Source of the DNA: an uncultured Gammaproteobacteria bacterium
GTDB lineage: Bacteria > Patescibacteriota > Microgenomatia > UBA8517 > UBA10165
Assembly (NCBI GenBank): GCA_964432785.1
Contig: CAYSOV010000001.1
Location: 33,087-81,239 of the forward strand
Length of the DNA stretch: 48,153 nucleotides
Direction: 5' to 3'
Below are positions 26,201 through 32,975 of this stretch, one piece after another. Under the pieces are notes generated by a model. It was not told the origin of the DNA and made no database searches. It worked only from the letters and a program-made list of their open reading frames with translations. How positions within the stretch are numbered: the stretch's first letter is position 1; every line of letters starts with the position of its first letter. The position numbers were made by a program, and so were the translations under genes.

Positions 26201-26987
26201 CGAAAAAGTCTGCCGCGTGATAGTTTTCGAGTTCTATATACTCCTCCTCGGAAAGAAGAGAAAGATAACTCAAATTTTTAACCACATCAATAAGTTTTGC
26301 GAACACCTCTTCTGTTTTTTGACGGGTTGTTCCCGCCTCCTCGCGCAAAGCGGTAAGGTTCTTGCGGCCGTCAAGCTCTATCTCCTCTTTAAGCAAACTT
26401 GCCTGCTCCTGATCCTTAACCTTTTTTAACGCCTCCTCTATTCTCGACTTTATATCCTCCTTTATCTTCTCCTCCCTTCTTTTCTCGTCTTTCTCAAGAT
26501 CGTTAACGCGGGATGCTAAACTTGCCTCGAGTGCCTCTTTTGCTTTTTTTCTACCCACATCTTGGACCTCCGTCACAAGATAGCGCGCAAAGTAGACAAC
26601 CTGCTCAAGGGCCTTCGGCGGGATATCAAGAATTAGAGAAAGCTTTGACGGCGTACCTTTAAAGAACCAAATATGCGCAACCGGAGCCGCAAGGCTTATA
26701 TGTCCCATCCTCTCGCGGCGAACTCGAGATTGGGTAACCTCAACCCCGCATTTATCACAGATTATCCCCTTATAGCGAATTCGTTTGTACTTCCCGCAAT
26801 AACATTCCCAGTCCTTTGTCGGACCAAAAATTCTCTCATCAAAAAGGCCGTCCTTCTCTGGCTTCAATGTCCTGTAATTAATGGTTTCGGGTTTGGTTAC
26901 TTCTCCATGCGACCATTTCCTTATCTCCTCGGGAGAAGCAAGTTTAATTTTTAGTTTCGAAAAATCGGCAAATGCCCTTAAATCCAT
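23274..26987 (-). CDS. rpoC: DNA-directed RNA polymerase subunit beta'
   Basis: The tracked ORF starts at TTG 27005. The ATG at 26987 (MDLRAFADFSKLKIKLASPEEIRKW...) is 1 nt after the rpoB stop. Zn finger CYCGKYKRIRYKGIICDKCGVEV; catalytic NADFDGDQM. Coiled-coil insertion of about 100 aa near residue 170. Confidence 0.96.
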   Translation of the reverse strand: MDLRAFADFSKLKIKLASPEEIRKWSHGEVTKPETINYRTLKPEKDGLFDERIFGPTKDWECYCGKYKRIRYKGIICDKCGVEVTQSRVRRERMGHISLAAPVAHIWFFKGTPSKLSLILDIPPKALEQVVYFARYLVTEVQDVGRKKAKEALEASLASRVNDLEKDEKRREEKIKEDIKSRIEEALKKVKDQEQASLLKEEIELDGRKNLTALREEAGTTRQKTEEVFAKLIDVVKNLSYLSLLSEEEYIELENYHAADFFEVEMGAEALSGVSEKLNLDELSARLREELEEATGAKRIKLTKRLRLIDGMRRTDISPLWTILKVLPVLPPDLRPMVQLAGGRFATSDLNDLYRRVINRNSRLRHLLELGAPQIILRNEKRMLQEAVDSLIDASQRQATRRPRTRQPLRSLSDLLSGKQGRFRQNLLGKRVDYSGRSVIVVGPELNLSQCGLPKEMALEMFKPFVLREMIARGIAPNVKSAKNMLERRPPEIFDILEEITRNHPVLLNRAPTLHKLGIQAFYPVLIEGKAIRVHPCVCSGYNADFDGDQMAVHLPLSKRAQDEAIELMSPENNLLKPADGTPVAIPSTKEMALGVYYLTSDEPDKDGIGSTPVFADPEDAISAYQKNVIRLRQKINVRINNERIETTVGRILFNEALPAFLRYVNEPATAGVIKSLFSRALNKGTREEVVKMIDDIKSLGFRGGTISGLSFAVSDALIHPDKEKMIETANQRLMEIENNFFEGLITEEERRRLAQEVWMEVTEDLADVTWQAFPDSSPIKVIIQAGVGRVSREQVKQLAAMRGLVVDPLGRLVDLPTKSNFREGLSIFEYVTSARGSRKGLTDTALKTADAGYLTRRLVDVTHDVIVRLPDCGTEEGVIVDKNKREKSFNQRVIGRFAAADIANGRKILAARNELITPEKLQEIIQAGVQEIKVRSPLTCRARYGICSACYGWDLSNKEIVEMGTPVGVVAAQSIGEPGTQLTMKTKHSGGIVGLDITQGLPRVEELFEARVPKVLSPISEISGKVEVTEREDGWLVRVRNTSVKPVEEREYIVPLTSNLQVEDGDLVEAGKQLASGYLDIKDVLSVKGLRPAQEYLIDEIQAVYESQGISINDKHFEVIVRKMSDKVQIISQGDTILLPRDIVDRAVFEEENERVLTEGGEPGTAQVVILGVTRSSLYTDSWLSAASFQNTTNVLTDSALLGKEDKLLGLKENVIIGRLIPTTAERATLSKEAIL

Positions 26988-26988
26988 A

Positions 26989-29900
26989 TTATTCTCCCGC
27001 CGCAAGGGGGACTGCCTCCGTTTCGTTTAAAACCTCTTTTGTGCTTTCCGGACGGCCGGCAGGAATTTCCGCTTCTTCTTTCTTGACCAACACGGTTCCT
27101 TTTGGCTCTATGGAAAGGACCAGGGAATTAAGCTCTCGCACCAAGACCTTGAACGACTCCGGAATTGTAGCCTCGGGAATATCCGTACCCTTGACAATAG
27201 CTTCAAACGCCCGCGCTCGTCCAACGACATCGTCCGACTTTATCGTCAGCATTTCCTGCAGAGTGTAGGCGGCGCGATGTGCCTCAAGCGCCCAAACTTC
27301 CATCTCTCCCAGGCGCTGTCCGCCCATCTGGGCCTTGCCGCCCAGAGGCTGCTGGGTAACAAGGGAGTAAGGACCGGTCGAGCGAGCATGGGTTTTGTCC
27401 TCAACCATATGGGTCAGCTTCATTATGTAGCCCACCCCGACAACCGTTTCCTGTTCAAATGGTTTTCCCGTCCTCCCGTCGTAAAGCTGTACCTTGCCAG
27501 AAACGGGTAAACCCGCCGAGCGCATTATTCCTTCAATCTCCTGGGAAGCAAGTTTATTAAAAACCGGAATGGCAAATTTTTCTCCTCTTTTTGACGCGGC
27601 CCAGCCAAGCTGTGCTTCCAAAAGCTGTCCTAAATTCATACGCGCAAGAACCGAAAGAGGAGAAATAATAATATCAACCGGGGTTCCGTCCTCAAGGTGG
27701 GGCATATCGGAAGAAGGGATAATTTTTGAAATAACGCCTTTGTTGCCATGTCTGCCGGCAACCTTGTCTCCAACGGAAACCTTGCGGAGTTGTGCGACTC
27801 TGACGATTACCTTTTTTATGGTTCCGGGCTCTAACTCGTCGCCTTCTTTTGAGTCCAAGATTTGAACATCAACTACAATGCCGTGCTCTCCATGAGGAAC
27901 ACGAAGGGATGTATCCCTTACCTCACGAGCCTTCTCTCCGAAAATAGCCCGCAACAATCTTTCCTCGGCAGTCAACTCGGTTTCTCCTTTCGGCGCAATC
28001 TTGCCTACCAAGATATCGTTTGGTCCAACCTCCGCGCCCACGACAACAATCCCATCTTCTGCTAAATTCGCAAGATCGGCTTCGGCAACATTAGGAATAT
28101 CCCGAGTAAGCTCTTCCGGACCAAGCTTTGTATCAACAACAGAGGCTTCATATTCCTCGATATGAACAGAGGTTAAAACATCCTCGCGCACCAGCCTGTC
28201 TGAAACCACGATAGCGTCTTCAAATCCCAGCCCATCAAAAGAACAGTAGGCAATGAGCATGTTTTGACCGAGGGCAAGCTCTCCGCCCTCCGTTGACGGA
28301 CCGTCGGCAAGAAGCTCTCCTTTTTGCACCTTGTCGCCTGCTTTAACGACAGGGCGCTGATTAAAACAGGTCGATTGAGCCGTCCTTTTGAATTTATCCA
28401 GGTAATAATTTTCTTTTTTGCCCTGCACGACAATCTTGTCGCTTGGCTCCTGGCTGTCATCCTTGGACTCTTTATCAAGAGTAATCTCAATTCGCCCCGA
28501 GTCTACATAACTTACAACTCCTGCGTGTCTTGCGTTAACTACCCTATTCATTGAAGAGGCAACGACTTCCTCCATCCCTGTTCCGACAAAAGGGCTTTGG
28601 GGTTTTACCAAAGGCACGGCTTGACACTGCATGTTCGTACCCATTAGCGCCCTGTTTGCCTCGTCGTGATGTAAAAACGGAATGAGCGAGGTTGAGGTGC
28701 CGACAACTTGGCGGGGAGTGAGGTCTATATATTCAACGCCCTCTACCGGTCCCTCGATAAATTTACCTTCAAACCGAATAGGCACCCACGGCTCAAGGAT
28801 AAAGCCTTCCTTATCGGTCCGAGTACCCGCGTGAGTAATTTTATGGTTTTCTTCCTCGTCCGCCGAAAGATAAACAACCTCATCGGTAATTCTCACCCTT
28901 GTCCTTCCTCCGTTTGTAACCTTTTCCAATTTTCTGTAAGGAGACTCTAAAAATCCATATTCATTAACCCTGGCATATAGGGCCAAATAAGTAACAAGCC
29001 CTATGTTTGGACCTTCCGGCGAACGAATAGGGTCTATTCTTCCATACTGGGACGAGTTAATATCCCGCATAGAAAACGATGCTCGTTCGCGAGTTATTCC
29101 TCCGGGCCCCATAACCGAGAGCCGTCTCAAATTATCAATTTCCGAGAGCGGGTTTGTCTGATCGAGAATCACGGAAAGTTGGTTTGACCGGAAGAATTCG
29201 TTAAGCGCGCCTATTACAGGACGGGCGTTGACAAGGATGCCCGGATGGACAAGTTCGTCAGTCGAGGTAAGACTCATCTTCTCTTTAATAGCTCTCTCAA
29301 GTCGGAGGAGTCCGCTCCTAAAAGCCGATGCGGCGACAAGTTCGCCAACGCATCTGACGCGGCGGTTTGCCAAATGATCAATGTCGTCAACTCGGCCTTG
29401 CCCGTTTTGGAGACCGATGAGGTAGCGCAGCGTTGCGACTATGTCTTCGGCGGTTAAAACATAATTTTCCGGTTTATTGGGAAGGGAAAGGCCAAGTTTT
29501 CTATTGATTTTATAGCGACCCACCTTATCAAGATCATACCGACGAGGATCAAAGAATAATCCTTGAAAAAGCGCCTCCGCATTCTCTAATATGGCCGGCT
29601 CCCCGGGCCGCATTCTTCTGTATATCTCAACGAGTGCGTCGCTTCTGTTCTTTGTTGGATCCTTGGCAAGAGAGAGGGAAATATACGAATACTGCTGGTC
29701 GGCGTCAACATCCTTAAATCTTGCCATGATTTGTTCATCTTTTTCAATGCCCAAGGCACGCAAGAGTGCCGTTGCCACAACCTTGCGGCGCCTATCAATC
29801 CTTGCGACAATTACCCCTTGTCTGGATACTTCAAACTCAAGCCAAGATCCGCGTATGGGACGGACCTCTGCCCGATACAGCATTCTTCCCGAAGCTTGAT

Positions 29901-30333
29901 CTACTTCGCCGGAGAAATAAACACCCGGAGAACGAACAAGCTGATTAACCACCGCCCTTTCTATTCCGTTTATAATAAATGTTCCCTCGGGAGTCATTTG
30001 GGGAATATCGCCCAGGAAAACTTCCTGGGAGGTTTCTTTTCCGGTTTTCTTATTTAGAAGGGTTGCCGAAACCCGAAGAGGAGAAGAATAGGTGAGTCCT
30101 TTTTCCCGAGCTTTGCTTGGAGTAATCTCGGCCTTGCCTATTTTATAATCCGTAAACAACAGCTCCCAGTTTTTACCCGTAAAATCAGCAACCGGAGAAA
30201 TCTCCTTTAAGGCTTTGCCTATGCCGTCTCTCAAGAATGACTGCCAGGATTCTTTCTGGATGGCCAGTAAATTTAATTGGGACAGAGCTTTGTCTGGTGT
30301 GGTTAAAAACCGCCTTTTTTTTGAAAGGTTCAT
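26989..30333 (-). CDS. rpoB: DNA-directed RNA polymerase subunit beta
   Basis: GPGGITRERA, GRHGNKGV and GGQRLGEMEVWALEA motifs. 1114 aa. GAGGAG lies 9 nt upstream of the ATG. Confidence 0.96.
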   Translation of the reverse strand: MNLSKKRRFLTTPDKALSQLNLLAIQKESWQSFLRDGIGKALKEISPVADFTGKNWELLFTDYKIGKAEITPSKAREKGLTYSSPLRVSATLLNKKTGKETSQEVFLGDIPQMTPEGTFIINGIERAVVNQLVRSPGVYFSGEVDQASGRMLYRAEVRPIRGSWLEFEVSRQGVIVARIDRRRKVVATALLRALGIEKDEQIMARFKDVDADQQYSYISLSLAKDPTKNRSDALVEIYRRMRPGEPAILENAEALFQGLFFDPRRYDLDKVGRYKINRKLGLSLPNKPENYVLTAEDIVATLRYLIGLQNGQGRVDDIDHLANRRVRCVGELVAASAFRSGLLRLERAIKEKMSLTSTDELVHPGILVNARPVIGALNEFFRSNQLSVILDQTNPLSEIDNLRRLSVMGPGGITRERASFSMRDINSSQYGRIDPIRSPEGPNIGLVTYLALYARVNEYGFLESPYRKLEKVTNGGRTRVRITDEVVYLSADEEENHKITHAGTRTDKEGFILEPWVPIRFEGKFIEGPVEGVEYIDLTPRQVVGTSTSLIPFLHHDEANRALMGTNMQCQAVPLVKPQSPFVGTGMEEVVASSMNRVVNARHAGVVSYVDSGRIEITLDKESKDDSQEPSDKIVVQGKKENYYLDKFKRTAQSTCFNQRPVVKAGDKVQKGELLADGPSTEGGELALGQNMLIAYCSFDGLGFEDAIVVSDRLVREDVLTSVHIEEYEASVVDTKLGPEELTRDIPNVAEADLANLAEDGIVVVGAEVGPNDILVGKIAPKGETELTAEERLLRAIFGEKAREVRDTSLRVPHGEHGIVVDVQILDSKEGDELEPGTIKKVIVRVAQLRKVSVGDKVAGRHGNKGVISKIIPSSDMPHLEDGTPVDIIISPLSVLARMNLGQLLEAQLGWAASKRGEKFAIPVFNKLASQEIEGIMRSAGLPVSGKVQLYDGRTGKPFEQETVVGVGYIMKLTHMVEDKTHARSTGPYSLVTQQPLGGKAQMGGQRLGEMEVWALEAHRAAYTLQEMLTIKSDDVVGRARAFEAIVKGTDIPEATIPESFKVLVRELNSLVLSIEPKGTVLVKKEEAEIPAGRPESTKEVLNETEAVPLAAGE

Positions 30334-30353
30334 TTATTTCGCTCCTCAGAATA

Positions 30354-30537
30354 CCCCGCGCCTCCGTGCGTGGGGGATGAATGAGGCAAGAACGCAGCCT
30401 TTCCGCCAGAGGCGGAATTCCGAAAGGAAACTCCGTCCTTTCATGGACGGAGAGGCTTCATTACCTTGTCGGCCGCAAAAATATTCCCCGCTGCCCCTCT
30501 TCTTGCGGGGAACACAAAATTGCGTACCAGGGTACGC
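30354..30537 (-). other. rpoB 5' leader carrying five strong GC hairpins
   Basis: Plus-strand coordinates: CCCCGCGC-ctccgt-GTGCGTGGGG (30354..30375); TTCCGCC-aga-GGCGGAA (30401..30417); CTCCGTCC-tttcat-GGACGGAG (30431..30452); TTCCCCGC...GCGGGGAA (30484..30512); GCGTAC-cagg-GTACGC (30522..30537). The last two are followed by U-rich runs on the minus strand. Confidence 0.65.
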
Positions 30538-30546
30538 TTAGCGCAG

Positions 30547-30576
30547 TTTCTATCATACCTCGAGCACGGTTGTCAA
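30547..30576 (-). promoter_or_regulatory. Candidate promoter for rpoB-rpoC
   Basis: Minus strand: TTGACA (30576..30571), 15 nt, TGa, TAGAAA (30552..30547). Confidence 0.45.
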
Positions 30577-30628
30577 GGGTCAATATATTTTTGGGTATGT
30601 TTTTCGGGTCGGAAGGATAGAGAAATAC

Positions 30629-31636
30629 TTATAGATATTTCCTAATATTTTCATTGTGCTCCTCAAGTGTTTTCGCATAGCGGATTTTACCATCCTTGCC
30701 GTGGAGATAATACCAAAAAGGAGAATCTTCAGGATAAATAGCCGCTTTCAGGGAGGAAAGCCCCGGGTTTGCTATGGGCGAGGGGGGCAAACCCCGGTTG
30801 GTGTAGGTATTGAGCAACGACTGAAGTTTTTTGTCCTCGGCGGTCGGAGGTTGCCACCAGCTGCAGTTTAGAGGGGGCTGTTTTGGATTCGTCCCGCAGC
30901 GCTTGTTCCCGGTCAAATATTGAAGTGTTGCATCAACCTGGAGCGGCATCCTCGCTTCCAGCCGTTTTCTCAAGATCCCGGAAACAACGGGTCTTTCCTC
31001 TTCGGTCTTTGTTTCCCGCTCAATGACTGCGGCGAGAGCCACGACTTGTTCTACTGTCATCCCCCCGGCCTTAGCATCGTCCCGCATCTTGTCCGTAACC
31101 TTTACATCAAAAGTCGACCTTAATTTATTAAATACCTTTTTTGCCGTAATATCTCTTGAAAAAAGATAGGTTTCCGGGAACAAGAACCCTTCAAAGCCTT
31201 CCGATTCCCTCATGAATTCACTCCAAAACAAAACAGCCTCTTCGCCTTCAATATTGAGGGTTTTTATCGTCCTTATCGCGATTTCTTCCCGCCTTAAGCC
31301 TTCAGGATAAGTAACCCAAATTTCTTTTGGGCCCGCCATAAGCACGGAGACCATCTCTTTCAAAGACAAATTTGGAGAAATTTCATAATTGCCGGCTTGA
31401 ATGGCCTTTTCCCGACCCGTCAATTGGGTATAGAAACGAAAGGCCAGCTCGCTCTTAATAAGTCCCGAGCCTGCAAGCTTTTTGGCAATGGAGCCGGCCG
31501 ACTGGCCTTTGGTTATTAAAAAACTGCGGGGTGTCTTGTCCTTAATATCGGCAGGGCCTGAAACATTACCCCACCAAAAGAAAGAGGGGAGTGAAAAAAT
31601 AAGAATGAGTAACAGGAGTAAAAGGAGTTTCCTCAT
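30629..31636 (-). CDS. mltG: Endolytic murein transglycosylase MltG (YceG-like)
   Basis: N-terminal TM segment. ...AGNYEISPNLS..., FEGFLFPETYLF, VIERETKTEEERPVVSGILRKRL and YNTYTNRGLPPSPIANPG. Confidence 0.88.
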   Translation of the reverse strand: MRKLLLLLLLILIFSLPSFFWWGNVSGPADIKDKTPRSFLITKGQSAGSIAKKLAGSGLIKSELAFRFYTQLTGREKAIQAGNYEISPNLSLKEMVSVLMAGPKEIWVTYPEGLRREEIAIRTIKTLNIEGEEAVLFWSEFMRESEGFEGFLFPETYLFSRDITAKKVFNKLRSTFDVKVTDKMRDDAKAGGMTVEQVVALAAVIERETKTEEERPVVSGILRKRLEARMPLQVDATLQYLTGNKRCGTNPKQPPLNCSWWQPPTAEDKKLQSLLNTYTNRGLPPSPIANPGLSSLKAAIYPEDSPFWYYLHGKDGKIRYAKTLEEHNENIRKYL

Positions 31637-31639
31637 CGG

Positions 31640-31867
31640 TTATACTTCTTCAAGCAGGGCACGGCGGTATTTGCCGGACTTTAGATCGTGAATAAAAATC
31701 CTTCCGCATTCGCAAACGACCTTTTCGGTCCCGTTTTTCCCCTTTGACTTTTTGCCTCCGGAAAGATCCCTCCCGCAACCAACACATCTTCCCTGGGATA
31801 AAAGCCATGCTTGAACTGGTGAAATTACATTCTTAAACACGCCGGGTAATCTTGCTCCCTTTGACAT
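31640..31867 (-). CDS. Small Cys-rich (zinc-ribbon-like) protein, 75 aa
   Basis: The ATG at 31867 gives MSKGARLPGVFKNV...GRCVGCGRDL...VVCECGRIF.... Overlaps the ruvX 3' end by 35 nt out of frame. The stop is 3 nt before the mltG start. Confidence 0.5.
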   Translation of the reverse strand: MSKGARLPGVFKNVISPVQAWLLSQGRCVGCGRDLSGGKKSKGKNGTEKVVCECGRIFIHDLKSGKYRRALLEEV

Positions 31868-32273
31868 AGCTAGTAATGGAACCCTGCCTGGACTCTGTGT
31901 CCAAGTAAGATTGTAGCATAACGGCCGCCGCGAATGCATCTTCCATGCCTCTTCGCTTTTTTCTGGGCAAGCCCGCGGCCAAAGCGAGAGTTTGGGCATC
32001 TTTGGTTGTCAATGTTTCATCCCACATTTCAACCTTGACACCAGTTTTTTCTCTCAAGATATCCCCAAATTCTTTCTGTATTTTTCGCATAACCCCCTCC
32101 GATATGCCAACCACTATCTTTTCTACCTTTTCCTCTTTCGCAATGTCTGTAACCTTTCTCACCGCACCAGCCGGGGAAGAAACACGCAGGACAGAGAAAG
32201 GCGCACTTAATTTCCCCTCGCTAATAGCGAGTCCTATCTTTGCCCGTCCGTAATCAACACCGAGAATGATCAT
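31833..32273 (-). CDS. ruvX: Putative pre-16S rRNA nuclease / Holliday junction resolvase-like RuvX (YqgF)
   Basis: MIILGVDYGRAKIGLAISEG... RNase H-like N-terminus; ...DETLTTKDA.... The alaS-ruvX-mltG neighbourhood is a known conserved cluster. Confidence 0.88.
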   Translation of the reverse strand: MIILGVDYGRAKIGLAISEGKLSAPFSVLRVSSPAGAVRKVTDIAKEEKVEKIVVGISEGVMRKIQKEFGDILREKTGVKVEMWDETLTTKDAQTLALAAGLPRKKRRGMEDAFAAAVMLQSYLDTESRQGSITSYVKGSKITRRV

Positions 32274-32300
32274 TGGTTTTTAGTTTTTAGTTATTAGTTA

Positions 32301-32975
32301 TTAGTCCGGCTGTACAAGTCTTGCGCGCACAACCAATCGCCTTAAATAAGTCCCGGGCGGGACGCAGGTTATAAGCGTCAGGTAAGAATCATCATACATT
32401 TGCTCCAAAACCTGAAAGTCGGTTGGTTTAACTTCAAACATCTCCTCTACACGAAAAGTGTAAACTATCCCGTCGTAGTCAATCTTAACATCGTCTCCTT
32501 TTTTAAGAGTTGGGAGTGTTGAGAAAATTGACAGATAGTTTTTGGGATTAAAAAGTTGTGGAAGGGTGGAATGGCCAAAAACGACGGCATTTCCGGGTTT
32601 TCCGGGAAGCGCCGTGCCCTTGTAGTGGATTAGGTTCTTAGACAGGTCTTCTCCTCCTATTTCAACAACCGCCTGTTCTATCTTAAGCTTTGGTATGGAA
32701 AGATTATAATATCTGACCTTTGAAGGAGCCACCGGCAAAGAGGGCGCCCCCACAAACCAATTGCTTGCCTGGGTAAGATTTAGTGGATAAGGCGATTCTG
32801 TGGCCGCCGAACGAACCTCTCCGTTGGGAACCGGTGAAAGAAGCTCTATTCTCCGATACCTTGGGGAAGAAAAAAATTCGTAGCTTAATATAGGCAGGCC
32901 TGCATTCAAAACTAAAATTGCCCCTAAAATAAGCAAGCCAAAAGAGAGAGTCTTGCCGACCCTGCTCTTCCTCAT
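32301..32975 (-). CDS. Sortase-family transpeptidase
   Basis: N-terminal TM anchor. Catalytic triad context VVFGHST (His), LTLITCVPPG (TLxTC Cys) and RRLVVRA (Arg). ATGA overlap with the upstream gene. Confidence 0.85.
   Translation of the reverse strand: MRKSRVGKTLSFGLLILGAILVLNAGLPILSYEFFSSPRYRRIELLSPVPNGEVRSAATESPYPLNLTQASNWFVGAPSLPVAPSKVRYYNLSIPKLKIEQAVVEIGGEDLSKNLIHYKGTALPGKPGNAVVFGHSTLPQLFNPKNYLSIFSTLPTLKKGDDVKIDYDGIVYTFRVEEMFEVKPTDFQVLEQMYDDSYLTLITCVPPGTYLRRLVVRARLVQPD

Noticed and set aside
31640-31999. 119-aa version of the Zn-ribbon ORF.
   Set aside because: Its first 44 codons lie within ruvX in another frame and encode low-complexity sequence. I prefer the internal ATG at 31867, although even the short ORF is only moderately supported.
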